Numbered from the stretch's first letter, positions 1 through 10,578 are shown. The stretch is DNA of 64,000 nt from Candidatus Bathyarchaeota archaeon (GCA_963826715.1 CAWGYA010000002.1:128001-192000); one strand, 5' to 3'. Notes: generated by a model not told the origin, from the letters alone. Numbers and translations are program-made.

Positions 1-2711
1 TCAAGCACAGTGAAGAGCAAGCCTGCATACAACGCCGCGACGGCCCAGTCGATTAGTTCTGGAGTGTGGACATCGAAGATTTGCTGTATTCCTGGCGTGT
101 AGAGAACCACGAGTTGCAAGACGAAGGAGACAAGCACTGCTATCCATAGAAACTTGTTTTTGAAGGGTCCGACTTTGGCGATGGGGTACTTGAAAGACCG
201 CGCGGAAATCGCTATTGTCAGCTCCATAACTACCATGGCGGTGAATAGTTGAGTGCGTGCCTCCAAAAGCTGGAAGCTGCTTTCCCAAGGCATATGGGAG
301 AAGAACGCAATCAAGAGCAGCACTGTCATGAAGATGGGTACTGCAGTGAGGTAGACTTTGACGTCGTGTGTGAAGATACTTTCTTTCGGATGGCGGGGTT
401 TGCGTTCCATCAAGTCTGGGTCACCGGGGTCGACTCCTAAAGCAATAGCCGGTAACCCGTCAGTTACTAGGTTAATCCAGAGTATCTGGACCGCTGTTAA
501 GGCAATGGCAGCATCGTTTGCATATGGGTGAAACCCTGGTGATAACCAAGCAGCAAGATAAGGCACCGAGACCACAGCTATGAACATGACTAAGATTTCC
601 ATTATGTTACATTGCAACAGGTAAGTGAGATATTTTTTGATGTTATCGTAGATTTCTCTGCCTTCACGGACTGCTTTGACAATGCTGGCAAAGTTGTCGT
701 CGGCAAGAACCATGTCTGCGGCTTCCTTTGTGACTTCGGTGCCAGAGATGCCCATAGCTATGCCTATATCGCTCATCTTGAGCGCGGGCGCGTCATTGAC
801 GCCGTCTCCGGTCATGGCAACGACTTCGTCTTTCTTTTTCCAGGCTTTGACGATGCGGGATTTGTGTTCAGGCGCCACACGGGCGTAAATCACCACTTTC
901 TCCACCACCGCTTCGAGTTCTTCATCGCTCATCGCTTCAAGTTCTTCGCCTGTAAGCACCTGGTTTTCTTCAACGACTTCGCCGAGTAAGTTGAGTTCTT
1001 TGGCGACGGCGGTGGCGGTTAATTTGTGGTCGCCAGTTATCATGACGACACGGATGCCTGCGTTACGACAGATGCCGATGGCGTCTTTAACCTCACTTCG
1101 GGGTGGGTCAATCATGCTCATGATACCAACAAACACAAAGCCCTCTTCGTTGTCCTCTTTGAATTCGCCTGCGTCTTGAGAAAGCATTTTGTAAGCAAAA
1201 CCGAGGTTGCGTAGCGCCTGCAACGCCATGGCTTCGGTAACTTTATTGTGTTTAACACGAATTTGCTCAGTTAACGGTTGAACTTTGCCAGCAAGAAGAA
1301 TTTGACTGCATTTTTCTAGCACCACTTCAGGTGCACCTTTCATGTAAGCTACTTTTTGGTATCCTGCCATGTGAATTGTGGTCATGCGTTTGCGTTCCGA
1401 AGAAAAGGGCACTTCAGCAATTCGGGGTTCTTGGGCTTCCATCTCTGCTTTTTTGATGCCTGCTTTCTCTGCAGCTACAACAAGTGCGCCTTCAGTTGGG
1501 TCACCCTTCACGATCCACTTGTTCGTCTGCGGATCCTTTTCCAGTCCAGAATCGTTGCAAAGAACCGCAGCCTTTAGGAGTGCTTTGAGGTCTCCTTTTG
1601 GATCTATTTTTTTATCTTCAAATTGGAATTCACCCTCGGGTGCGTAGCCGATACCTGTGACTTTGACGGATTGGTCGTCCACGTAGATGCGTTGCACCGT
1701 CATTTCACCTTTGGTCATGGTGCCTGTTTTGTCGCTGCATATTACGCTGGTGCTGCCCAACGTTTCTACTGCGGGGAGGCGTTTGACGATTGTGTTAACT
1801 TTTGCCATGCGATACATGCCGATGGCGAGTGCACCAGTGATTATGGCTGGGAGTGCTTCGGGGACAGCTGCTACCGCGAGGCTGATTGCCCAAAGAGCCA
1901 TTGCGATGAGATCTCGTCCTTCTACGACAACGCCCACGACACCCACGCTAACGGCGATTATGACGGCTAAGATGCCGATCCATTTGCCTACGCTGCTCAT
2001 GCGGCGTTCAAGTGGAGTTTTCTCCTGTGGGGCAGATTGCACCATTTCGGCGATTTTGCCGAATTCTGTGGTCATGCCCGTGTTGGTTACGATGGCTTTG
2101 CCTCTGCCGTAGACCACGACGGTGCCTGTGAAGACCATGTTTGTGCGGTCGTTTAGTTGGGTCTGCGCTGGCAGGGCTTGGGTACTTTTTGCTACTGGGG
2201 CTGATTCGCCTGTTAAGGATGCCTCATCGGTTTTCATGGTGAAGGCTTCGATGAGGCGGGCGTCAGCGGGAATTTTATCACCGGTCGAGAGAACAACGAT
2301 GTCGCCGGGAACAAGTTGGGTAGCAGGAATTTTGATTTCTTTGCTGTCACGGATAACCTGAGCGGTGGGCGCGGTCATTTTTTTTAGGGCTTCCACTGCT
2401 TTTTCGCTGCGGTACTCCTGTGTGAAACCAAGAACTGCGCTGGCTATGACGATGGCTAAAATAATGAGTGCGTCAGCTACTTCCCCAACTATAATCGAGA
2501 GGGCTATGGCAAAAAGCAAGATTAGCATTAAGACATTGGTGAATTGCCCGATTAGCAGGCGAATTGATGATTTACCTTTTTCTTTTTTAAGTTCGTTGAG
2601 ACCATAGGTGGTTAAGCGCTGCTGGACTTCTTGCGCTGAAAGTCCAATGTCTTCAACTTTGAGTTCAGCCATAACGTCTTTGGTGTCTTCGGTGTGCCAG
2701 ATTTTAGCCAT
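1..2711 (-). CDS. Cation-transporting P-type ATPase (Ca2+/type IIA-like), 3' end runs off the window
   Basis: Not in the ORF track because there is no stop in the window. Manual translation from the ATG at 2711 gives MAKIWHTEDTKDVMAELKV...LTTYGLNEL; phosphorylation motif CSDKTGT near 1720-1740, plus LTGES, KGAPE, MITGD and TGDGVNDAPAL; last codons ELIDWAVAALYAGLLFTVL fit the final TM helix. Confidence 0.95.
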   Translation of the reverse strand, partial: MAKIWHTEDTKDVMAELKVEDIGLSAQEVQQRLTTYGLNELKKEKGKSSIRLLIGQFTNVLMLILLFAIALSIIVGEVADALIILAIVIASAVLGFTQEYRSEKAVEALKKMTAPTAQVIRDSKEIKIPATQLVPGDIVVLSTGDKIPADARLIEAFTMKTDEASLTGESAPVAKSTQALPAQTQLNDRTNMVFTGTVVVYGRGKAIVTNTGMTTEFGKIAEMVQSAPQEKTPLERRMSSVGKWIGILAVIIAVSVGVVGVVVEGRDLIAMALWAISLAVAAVPEALPAIITGALAIGMYRMAKVNTIVKRLPAVETLGSTSVICSDKTGTMTKGEMTVQRIYVDDQSVKVTGIGYAPEGEFQFEDKKIDPKGDLKALLKAAVLCNDSGLEKDPQTNKWIVKGDPTEGALVVAAEKAGIKKAEMEAQEPRIAEVPFSSERKRMTTIHMAGYQKVAYMKGAPEVVLEKCSQILLAGKVQPLTEQIRVKHNKVTEAMALQALRNLGFAYKMLSQDAGEFKEDNEEGFVFVGIMSMIDPPRSEVKDAIGICRNAGIRVVMITGDHKLTATAVAKELNLLGEVVEENQVLTGEELEAMSDEELEAVVEKVVIYARVAPEHKSRIVKAWKKKDEVVAMTGDGVNDAPALKMSDIGIAMGISGTEVTKEAADMVLADDNFASIVKAVREGREIYDNIKKYLTYLLQCNIMEILVMFIAVVSVPYLAAWLSPGFHPYANDAAIALTAVQILWINLVTDGLPAIALGVDPGDPDLMERKPRHPKESIFTHDVKVYLTAVPIFMTVLLLIAFFSHMPWESSFQLLEARTQLFTAMVVMELTIAISARSFKYPIAKVGPFKNKFLWIAVLVSFVLQLVVLYTPGIQQIFDVHTPELIDWAVAALYAGLLFTVL

Positions 2712-2907
2712 TCCCAGTTCCCAAGTATATGGTTTGAGTTTAGGTATTTAGGTATTCACAAATTATGATTTGCTCCTGACAAAACACCAGTTTTAGCCCA
2801 TTAAAATACAAAAATATCTAGCAAATAGGCAATATGCCTAACGAACCCAGGCTAAAGCGGTTGAGAAATGGACTAATGTAGAAGACCAAAAAAACATCTG
2901 AACAACT

Positions 2908-3453
2908 TTAAAAGCCATCAAAAAGCTCAGGATGCCTACCACGGGCACTACGGCTATACATAAACAACGAAAACGCACCCACAATCAACACGCCCCAGCA
3001 AAGCAACTCTAGCAACCAAACAAACGGCAACCCAAAACTGGCAATTTGCTTTTGCCACTCCCAAGCAAAATCAGCAGGCTTGGTCAGCGGCCACGTCCCG
3101 ACAACAAAGTAAAAAAAGCCAAAGGCTGTCAAAACCGTCGCCACCCTCTCGCCAACCCCGAGGTTTGCAGAGTGGAGTTGACGGAGGCTGTAATTGCAGA
3201 GTAAAACCGCGCCTACGAGGAGAGCGGGGAGGCTAGTTAGGAAGAAGAAGGGACTGATGTAGCTTCGTTGAATTATGGCGTTTGGGAAGGGTGGAATTGC
3301 GAAGACATCTTTACCCCAATCCGCAGGTGTCCAGTTACCTGCGATTACGGCGGCAAGGTAGAAGGCGCCGTAAGAGGCCAGTAGCACCCCAAAGGAGGCT
3401 TGGTGGCGCTGCAGGTAGTCTACAACACGCGAGATTGTGGGGGTATGGGTCAT
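2908..3453 (-). CDS. Hypothetical membrane protein (about 4 TM)
   Basis: 181-aa ORF with four hydrophobic segments; no recognised motif. Confidence 0.7.
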   Translation of the reverse strand: MTHTPTISRVVDYLQRHQASFGVLLASYGAFYLAAVIAGNWTPADWGKDVFAIPPFPNAIIQRSYISPFFFLTSLPALLVGAVLLCNYSLRQLHSANLGVGERVATVLTAFGFFYFVVGTWPLTKPADFAWEWQKQIASFGLPFVWLLELLCWGVLIVGAFSLFMYSRSARGRHPELFDGF

Positions 3454-3572
3454 CAGATGTCAGTTCTCTGCTACAGTTATGTGGATTGGGCATATATTTT
3501 TTTCAGCAGTACGTAGGCAAAACATTCTAAAAGCTAACTGTTCACTATACAGGATGTTTTAGGTGTGTGCTT

Positions 3573-4274
3573 ATGAAGTTTGAAACCACCATAACCGACA
3601 TAATCAAGCGGACCGCCTACGTCACCAGCTTCCGCTTTGGCAAACCCGACGATCTCAAATACAAACCAGGCCAGTTCTTTTATATCACCCTCAAACACCA
3701 CGGCGTAGAGCTTAACAAACACTTCAGCTTCAGCAGTAGCCCCACTGAAACAGACCACATCGAATTTACCAAAAAACTCAGCGACAGCCCATTCTCCAAC
3801 GCCCTACGCGCGGCCAAAGTGGGGGATTGGGCACGCATCGATGCGCCTTATGGGCAGTTCACATTTACAGGGGAATACCCTAAGATTGCGTTGCTGGGCG
3901 GTGGCATAGGCGTAACCCCCTTTATCAGCATCGCTAAATACGCCACTGACGGGGCATTGGATAATCAGATTACGCTTTTTTATGGCTGCAACACGCCAGA
4001 AGAGATTGTTTTCCGCGAGGAATTCTGGGCACTAGAGAAGAAAAACAATAACCTAAAAATCCACTTCACCGTCAACCAACCCTCACCGGATTGGAAAGGC
4101 GCCACAGGCAGAATCACCGAGGAGATGATTCGCAAAGAGCTGACTGCCTTTAAGGACTATGTATTCTACGCTTGCGGTCCCCCGCCAATGGTGAAAGCCA
4201 TGCAGAAGTTGGTGCAGAACTTGGGGTTGCCTAAAGAAAAGCTTAAGCTCGAGTATTTCACGGGCTACCAATAG
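3573..4274 (+). CDS. FAD/NAD(P)-binding oxidoreductase (ferredoxin-NADP reductase family)
   Basis: KPGQF, HFSFSSSP, APYGQF, GGGIGVTPF, YACGPPPM motifs; ATG start at 3573 preferred. Confidence 0.9.
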   Translation: MKFETTITDIIKRTAYVTSFRFGKPDDLKYKPGQFFYITLKHHGVELNKHFSFSSSPTETDHIEFTKKLSDSPFSNALRAAKVGDWARIDAPYGQFTFTGEYPKIALLGGGIGVTPFISIAKYATDGALDNQITLFYGCNTPEEIVFREEFWALEKKNNNLKIHFTVNQPSPDWKGATGRITEEMIRKELTAFKDYVFYACGPPPMVKAMQKLVQNLGLPKEKLKLEYFTGYQ

Positions 4275-4447
4275 CTAAAGTCCAAGATCATAAAATCGCT
4301 TGAGTACAACCAGCCAAACCCAAGTAGCAACCTAAAACACATTCCAGCCACAAAACACGTTGTTCATCTAAACTTCTAAGAAGATGAAGTATAAAACAGC
4401 AACTTTCTTCTCATGCTAAACCAAAAACAAACCCTCAAAAAAGAGGT

Positions 4448-5731
4448 TTAAGGGTAGAATCTGCGGGTGGTCCGCGGGAACGGGATCGCATCAATAACAT
4501 TATCCAAATCAAGCATCCAAACCAGCAAACGCTCCAAACCCATGCCGAAGCCCACATGCGGCACCGTGCCGTAGCGTCGTAGGTCAAGGTACCATTCGTA
4601 GTCCTCGGGTTTTAGTCCCTGTGCTTTCATGCGCTCGATTAAAGTGTCTTTGGTTTCTTCCCTTGCGCCACCCGTGCTAATTTCGCCAATGCGTGGAACC
4701 ATCATATCCACTGACATGGCGATTTCGGGGTGTCCGGGGTAGGTTTTGCAGTAGAATGCTTTGATTTCAGTTGGGTAATCGTAGACAAAGAAGGGTTTGC
4801 CAAAGTCCTCTGCGAGCACTTTCTCGTCTTCGTAGCCAAGATCTGCACCCCAGTCGAGTGTGGGGTTTTTGGGTTTTAGGCGCTCGATGGCTTCTTTGTA
4901 GGTGATGCGTGGGAAGGGCGTTTTGACGGCTTTGAGTTTTTCGATGTCTGCACCGAGTTCCTTGAATTCGGCTTGGCAATTCTGAGCTACGATTTGGCAG
5001 ATGTGCTCCATTAAGCCCTCCTCGAACTTCAGGAGGTCAGTCATGTCTGCGAAGGGCCACTCGCCTTCTATGTGCCAGTACTCGGTGAGGTGACGGATTG
5101 TGCGGCTTTTCTCTGCACGGAACGAAGGCGCAATACAGTATACATTCTCCAACGAGAACATGAGGATTTCAAGGTAGAGTTGGCTGCTCTGGGTGAGATA
5201 GAGGTCCTGGTCAAAATAGCGCAGTTTAAAGAGAGTGCTTCCGCCTTCTACCGCCGCGGAGATGAACATGGGCGGGGAAACCTCAGTAAACTTTTGCGTC
5301 TTGAAGTATTCTCGTGCTGCGTCTAGAACTTCGCCGCGAACCTTCATGACAAGGTTCATTTTGCGGCTACGCAGCCAAAGGTGGCGCATATCACGGATGA
5401 ATTCTTCGCTTTTATCTTTGCTGATGGGGAAGTTTTCTGCTAAACCAACGATTTGAAGGTTTTCGCCGCTGATTTCAAAGCCGCCCGGTGCCCGTTTGTC
5501 CTCTTTGGCGGTGCCGCTGAGGGTAAGTGAGGATTCGATTGTGAGTTTTTGGGCTTCGCTCCAGCAGACGCAGGTTTTTTTAATAGTGGATTGGATTACG
5601 CCTGTGGAGTCGCGGACTACGAGGAATATGAGTTCTTTTCCTTCGCGTTTTCGGTAAACCCAACCGCGGACAGTCACGGGTTGGTTTGTGCATTTGCCTT
5701 CTAATATTTCGCTGATTTTAACCAGAGACAT
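4448..5731 (-). CDS. asnS: Asparagine--tRNA ligase
   Basis: OB-fold N-terminus (VRGWV, VVRDSTG), YLTQSSQLYLE, FRAEKSRTIRHLTEYW, LRRYGTVPHVGFGMGLERL. Confidence 0.9.
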   Translation of the reverse strand: MSLVKISEILEGKCTNQPVTVRGWVYRKREGKELIFLVVRDSTGVIQSTIKKTCVCWSEAQKLTIESSLTLSGTAKEDKRAPGGFEISGENLQIVGLAENFPISKDKSEEFIRDMRHLWLRSRKMNLVMKVRGEVLDAAREYFKTQKFTEVSPPMFISAAVEGGSTLFKLRYFDQDLYLTQSSQLYLEILMFSLENVYCIAPSFRAEKSRTIRHLTEYWHIEGEWPFADMTDLLKFEEGLMEHICQIVAQNCQAEFKELGADIEKLKAVKTPFPRITYKEAIERLKPKNPTLDWGADLGYEDEKVLAEDFGKPFFVYDYPTEIKAFYCKTYPGHPEIAMSVDMMVPRIGEISTGGAREETKDTLIERMKAQGLKPEDYEWYLDLRRYGTVPHVGFGMGLERLLVWMLDLDNVIDAIPFPRTTRRFYP

Positions 5732-5768
5732 CGTGCATCAACTTCTGGCAGATATACCAATTTCACGC

Positions 5769-7051
5769 CTAAATGCATATCGGAATGCAGCAGAGGCGGA
5801 GGCGGCACTTTAGTTCTCTTACTTTAGGCTCAGAAACCCGCAGAAAAACAAACAACGAGAGCGGAATCATCGCGGCGGCAAAAAGCAAAAACGGCAACGA
5901 AGGCGACACAAACACGTAAAGAAAGCCCACTAAAAGCTGAAGCCCCCCTGAACAATAAACATGAAAAATTGGGTGCATCCCGTGGCGGTTCCGCGCAGAT
6001 TTCTGGGAACCAAGTCGCTCATTAGAACCAGGTAGCTATTTAGCTGTAGCAAGTTACCTAATCCAAAGAAGAAAAAAGCAAAAAACAACATATTGAAGTC
6101 GGCGTTGACAAAAAGCATCATACCTGGAATAAACAGTAAGTAGCCAAGTATTAGGAAGCGTTTTCTACCAAATCTATCCATGCTTAAGCCTGCGAGTATG
6201 GCGGGTAATGCGATGCTGATATAGCGGAAAGCCACCACCAGCGCCCACTGCTCCAAGGTGACTTCGAGGACTGTTGTGGCGTATACAACAAAGTATATTT
6301 GGCAACTTACCACTAATCCATTGACGACAATGACAGAGATGAAGAGGTTAAAGGCAGATTTGGGAACTTTACGCCACACAAAGATGCCTTCCTTGACCGC
6401 TTGTGGGTACTCACGCAGCATGCTTTGCAGACTGGGTCTATCTACGTCCTCGTTTGGAGGCAAGGTTTCTTTGAGCCTAAACCGAAGTACAGCAATACTA
6501 AAGTACGCAATGGTTGTGAGGCTATAGGCGACGCGCATGCCCAAATCGAAGTTAAAAGTAAACACTAAATACTGGGCGATTAGGGGGGCGGGCAGAAGAA
6601 CCAATGTGGTAATGGCAGATTGGAAACTAAAGCCTGCGGCGCGATTCTTTGGGGGCAACGAATCCATGACCATTGCCATTAAGGCGGGTCCATAGATTGA
6701 GCAAACGTTTTGGATCAGCAGCCCAAGCAATATAAAGGGCCATGAGGGTGCGAAGATGAAAAATAAGCTGCCAATGCCTATGCCAAACGTCATGGAGATT
6801 ATGAGCCAGCGTCTGCCATGTTTGTCGGCGAGGTAGCCGCCGGGGAATTGCACCAGTGCCACGACGATTGAGCCTGCAAAACCCATCACGGAGAGGAGCA
6901 GTTCACTGGCGCCCAAGTGAAGGTAGAAGAGGCTAGCGTAAGTATCGGGGATGGGTTGGGCGGAGAACATGATTATCCAAGTGATGGTTATGAGTAGAAA
7001 GTTTCCTCTAAGTATGGCTTGGTCTCCGCGGAAAAGCGTTGAGAACCGCAT
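5769..7051 (-). pseudogene. MFS transporter, frameshifted near the 3' end (or sequencing error)
   Basis: MFS motif A in both halves (GYLADKHGRR, GLSMDRFGRKR). ORF 5930-7051 stops before the last TM helices, which continue in another frame (LQLLVGFLYVFVSPSLPFLL...VSEPK). The break is at a C6/G6 run, 5943-5948. Confidence 0.8.
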
Positions 7052-7182
7052 TTGAGAATAATTTGTTCAAGATTTATTTAAATTAAAGTGTGACTTACCT
7101 AATTTTAGTTACGTCAAAGGGTAATTTGTTTCCACAATTCTTAAATCGCCCATGCAAAAGACCTTATTTATATTGAAAAATA

Positions 7183-8547
7183 ATGCAAAACAAAATTGAA
7201 GGGCAAACAAAACTAAAAGTTCTGAAAATTTCAGCTTTAGCCATATTCAGCGTTGTACTGGTTGAAATTACAGTGGGCTCAATTGTTAACAGTTTAGCCA
7301 TAATCAGTGACGGCTTGCACGCCTTGCTAGATGCCCTTTCAACAGTTATTCTGTTTTTTGCAGTTCGTGCCTCAATTAAGCCACCAGACGAAGAACATAC
7401 GTATGGGCATGAAAAATTTGAAACAATCGGTGGATTAATTGGGGGAGTGGTTTTGATTGCCGTGGCGCTATTGATTTTTTATGAAGCAGCAATTCGGCTT
7501 ATATCGGGAATACAACTTACTGAAGGTTTTGAAAGCGCTGGGTTCATCGGAATTGGTTATGCCCTTTTTATCGCATCCTTGAGGGTTAGCGTTTTTCGAC
7601 GCTGGCAACACACTGAGAGTCAATCGATGAAAGCAGGTTTGTATGATGCGGTTTCAGATTTAGGTTCAACGGTTATTGCCCTGTTGGGCTTTGGTTTGTC
7701 AATTTTAGGTTTTGCGTCGGGTGATGCCTTTGCTTCGATTTTTCTCGGTTTAATGCTGACGTATCTAAGTATTAAGCTGGTTAGAGGAAGCGTTTCGGAA
7801 CTTAGCGACACTGCCTCAAAGGAACTAGTTTGGAAAACCCGAAAAGTCATTTTAGCCTGTAATGGAGTTGTTAAAATTGAAAACCTCAAAATACGCAAAG
7901 TCAGCACGAAGATTTTCGTTGAAGCGTCTGTTCAGGTCCCCCATGTCATGAGCCTTGAGGCAGCTCATTCACTAGCATCTAAAATTGAATGCTGTCTTAA
8001 AGATGCATTCGGAACAGTTGACGCAACCATTCATATTGAACCAGCTGATGAAGAATATAGAATCAACGAACATGTAACGCAATTGGCATCTGTTGAGGGG
8101 GTAAATGAAGTTCACGAAGTCAACATCAATTACTTAGATGGAAAACTCTACATTACCCTGCACGCTTATGTTGACCCAGAATTGTCCGTGGAGCAAGCCC
8201 ATAAAATCGCATCAACCATTGAACAACGAATTTACGGAGATATTAAACCTCTGGAAAACGTAACAGTACATGTTGAGCCAACTAGCCCATCGTTTTCAAC
8301 GTCTAATTGCAGCGAGGCTCAGATTAAACAAGTTGTTCTCAATGTTACACATAACATATCTAAAGATTTACAGATTAAACGTATTTTGACTTATTCTTCT
8401 GATGGTAAGCAATATGTTAACATTGATTGCTGCTTTAGCAAAAATATCCGCCTCAAAGAGGCGCATCGACTATCATCACTTCTTGAAAAAGAAACTAAAG
8501 AGAACTTCGCCAACATGGTAGTCACAGTGCACATTGAGCCAATGTGA
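7183..8547 (+). CDS. Cation diffusion facilitator (CDF) transporter with three tandem C-terminal dimerisation domains
   Basis: SLAIISDGLHALLD, PPDEEHTYGHEKFE; three repeats ending HIEP/HVEP/HIEP. Confidence 0.9.
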   Translation: MQNKIEGQTKLKVLKISALAIFSVVLVEITVGSIVNSLAIISDGLHALLDALSTVILFFAVRASIKPPDEEHTYGHEKFETIGGLIGGVVLIAVALLIFYEAAIRLISGIQLTEGFESAGFIGIGYALFIASLRVSVFRRWQHTESQSMKAGLYDAVSDLGSTVIALLGFGLSILGFASGDAFASIFLGLMLTYLSIKLVRGSVSELSDTASKELVWKTRKVILACNGVVKIENLKIRKVSTKIFVEASVQVPHVMSLEAAHSLASKIECCLKDAFGTVDATIHIEPADEEYRINEHVTQLASVEGVNEVHEVNINYLDGKLYITLHAYVDPELSVEQAHKIASTIEQRIYGDIKPLENVTVHVEPTSPSFSTSNCSEAQIKQVVLNVTHNISKDLQIKRILTYSSDGKQYVNIDCCFSKNIRLKEAHRLSSLLEKETKENFANMVVTVHIEPM

Positions 8548-8794
8548 CAAAGTAGCTTTAGTAATATTTTTCACGATATCTCAACCCAACCCTCAAACTT
8601 GCAAAAAAGTAGTTGTAGAACTATTTCGAGAGCCATTTTCAATGAATTTTACAATTCAGTAGAAAATAGAAGGATATACTATAGTAATTTTGGCTGGTTG
8701 ATGAAAGAAAATGGTTGTGACCCAGGCAAAAAGTTACACGAAAGACGTCTGAACCTGACAATGGGATTTTATGAAAACGTTCTAAGAATTATTA

Positions 8795-8945
8795 TGTTAG
8801 TGTGGTTGGAGGGACGGTTAAGTGTGTTGACCTGCCACTACGCCATCCGCAGTCGAGGAGAAAGGAGAAGGCTTCGAAAACGGAAAAGGTTAGCATAGCT
8901 TAGTGGCTTGCCTTCAACCTTAACCAGTCTCTCCAATCACTAACA
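8795..8945 (+). ncRNA. Candidate structured non-coding RNA (long imperfect hairpin)
   Basis: Arms 8795-8840 and 8901-8945 are imperfect reverse complements with nested inner stems; substitutions give G-U pairs only on the + strand. Confidence 0.55.
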
Positions 8946-9024
8946 AGACTTAAGATATATTAAAAGTAATTTAAAGTTTATGAAAAAGAAATAAACATCA
9001 AAAATATGAATCCAGCCTAATGAA

Positions 9025-9606
9025 TTACCGAAGACTCAAAATACCTTCAAGAATACAACGCTCAGAAACATTAAGCTGCTTTGCTAAAAAAGCCTTCATA
9101 ATTATTGAAAAACGAGGCAACGGACCGCTATAACTAATAACCTGGTTAGCTTTGAGTGCATATGTCTGAAAAATTTTTTCGTCTTCTTTATAATTAAAAG
9201 AAATAGTCTGTGCTCCTGCAGCTAATTCTTGGAAATCTTCCCATAACTTGCAATTCAAAATCACAGAAGGACCATTTGATGTCAAAGTTGATACGGCTTC
9301 AATACCAGAACCCACTATTACTGGAGCCATTGCAGGGACATTCTGGGCAACCAAGGCAGGAGCCGCAATTTTAGAGCCGCATGAAATGTTACCGATTAAA
9401 GTTGTAACTTCTTTTTGTAAATTGATGATTTTTTCCTCAACCTTTTCAACTTTTCCTGTTAACTCTCCTGTGTCACCCATCTGCTCAGTAACCGTTGCCA
9501 ACTCATTAATGAGCTTGTCTAGATCATGTTCATGTTCTTTAAGAACATTAACTATGAAATCAAGTGCCTCGAGAGCTTCATCTTTTTGCTGTGGATTTTT
9601 TGCCAA
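9025..9606 (-). CDS. Hypothetical protein with N-terminal coiled coil
   Basis: 193 aa; heptad-like N-terminus (EALDFIVNVLKEHEHDLDKLINEL); GAGGT RBS upstream. Confidence 0.75.
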   Translation of the reverse strand: MAKNPQQKDEALEALDFIVNVLKEHEHDLDKLINELATVTEQMGDTGELTGKVEKVEEKIINLQKEVTTLIGNISCGSKIAAPALVAQNVPAMAPVIVGSGIEAVSTLTSNGPSVILNCKLWEDFQELAAGAQTISFNYKEDEKIFQTYALKANQVISYSGPLPRFSIIMKAFLAKQLNVSERCILEGILSLR

Positions 9607-9759
9607 TGTGATTTAACCTCGCGTATCTGACAACTCACTACACGCATTTTTTATATATAGTTAGCGAATTGGCAAATAGTATCCTTGTAACTACATTAAT
9701 ATACTTATTAAAAATTCTGTACAACAAGAAAACACTAGAAAAATGGAAATAGAAAACTC

Positions 9760-10554
9760 TTATTTCGATGTTTTTCGACGTTTAAAAGCCATTAGAATCA
9801 TAACAAAAAATAGCAACATAACACCCAAAACTGCGACGTATACCAACTCAACAGGGGAAGATACTGCTTGATTTTCGGTTGCGTTCGGAGTGGTGGGAAT
9901 GGCATTTTTAAGTGGTGCCTGAGGCTCAATGGGAATCACGTCTGTAGGGACAGGAGTCGGTTTAATTGTTTTTTGGTCCTGAACAGCCTCTTTGTTTTCG
10001 TCAATTGACAAACTCTGAGAATAGCTTCCTGGATCAGCAAAATCCCAAGACGGAAGCTTGCTTGTTGCAGGGGATGGATCCAAAACTGAATTACTACTTA
10101 AACTCATGGTTACTATTCCAGATATCCAAGATTCACCGTTTGAGAATGGAATAACTAACCTTACGACTTCAGGGAGAAGAATATCATTTATTTTATAGGC
10201 TATGATCACGTCGGTTCGGAGAGCAAAATCGATAGGTATGCTTACTTCGTAACTATCTGATGCTGTAAATTCTATGGACTGAACAGATAGAGAATTAATG
10301 CCTAAAGTATTTAGCAGGTCAATTAGTGTTACTCCGACCCAATCTCCTTCCGCTATAAGATCACCAAAACATCTGAGCTCTGCATTGACTGTTGTTTGAG
10401 GCATCGCCATAAGTTGGTCGTAGGAAACTGTAACTAATGTTCCGGAAAGATCGCTTACTTGTATATTCCATTGTATTGTGCTATCTGATGCGCCCGTGGG
10501 AACTGTGAGCAAAATGACTAAGGTTGCAAGGAAAATTATTACGGGTTTTATCAT
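9760..10554 (-). CDS. Exported molybdopterin-dependent oxidoreductase-domain protein with C-terminal membrane anchor
   Basis: Signal peptide; YDQLMAMP, LRC, WVGVTLIDLL, ASDSY, IIAYKIND...VRLVIP pattern of the sulfite-oxidase Moco domain; P/T linker; TM + KRRK tail. Confidence 0.75.
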   Translation of the reverse strand: MIKPVIIFLATLVILLTVPTGASDSTIQWNIQVSDLSGTLVTVSYDQLMAMPQTTVNAELRCFGDLIAEGDWVGVTLIDLLNTLGINSLSVQSIEFTASDSYEVSIPIDFALRTDVIIAYKINDILLPEVVRLVIPFSNGESWISGIVTMSLSSNSVLDPSPATSKLPSWDFADPGSYSQSLSIDENKEAVQDQKTIKPTPVPTDVIPIEPQAPLKNAIPTTPNATENQAVSSPVELVYVAVLGVMLLFFVMILMAFKRRKTSK

Positions 10555-10562
10555 ACTAATAT

Positions 10563-10578
10563 TATGACAAGTGTCATA
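10563..10578. promoter_or_regulatory. Perfect palindrome TATGACA-AG-TGTCATA, candidate operator
   Basis: 7-2-7 inverted repeat between a TTTAAA TATA-like box and the ATG at 10554. Confidence 0.5.

Noticed and set aside
1-2607. Ten short ORFs in the track between 1 and 2607
   Set aside because: They are antisense or off-frame shadows of the minus-strand P-type ATPase.
8599-8898. 99-aa + strand ORF
   Set aside because: TTG start, no motif, and it overlaps the long hairpin, which explains the local sequence better.
8795-8945. Hairpin as SRP RNA, RNase P RNA or MITE
   Set aside because: No SRP helix-8 motif, no RNase P P4 motifs, too short for either; no target-site duplication.
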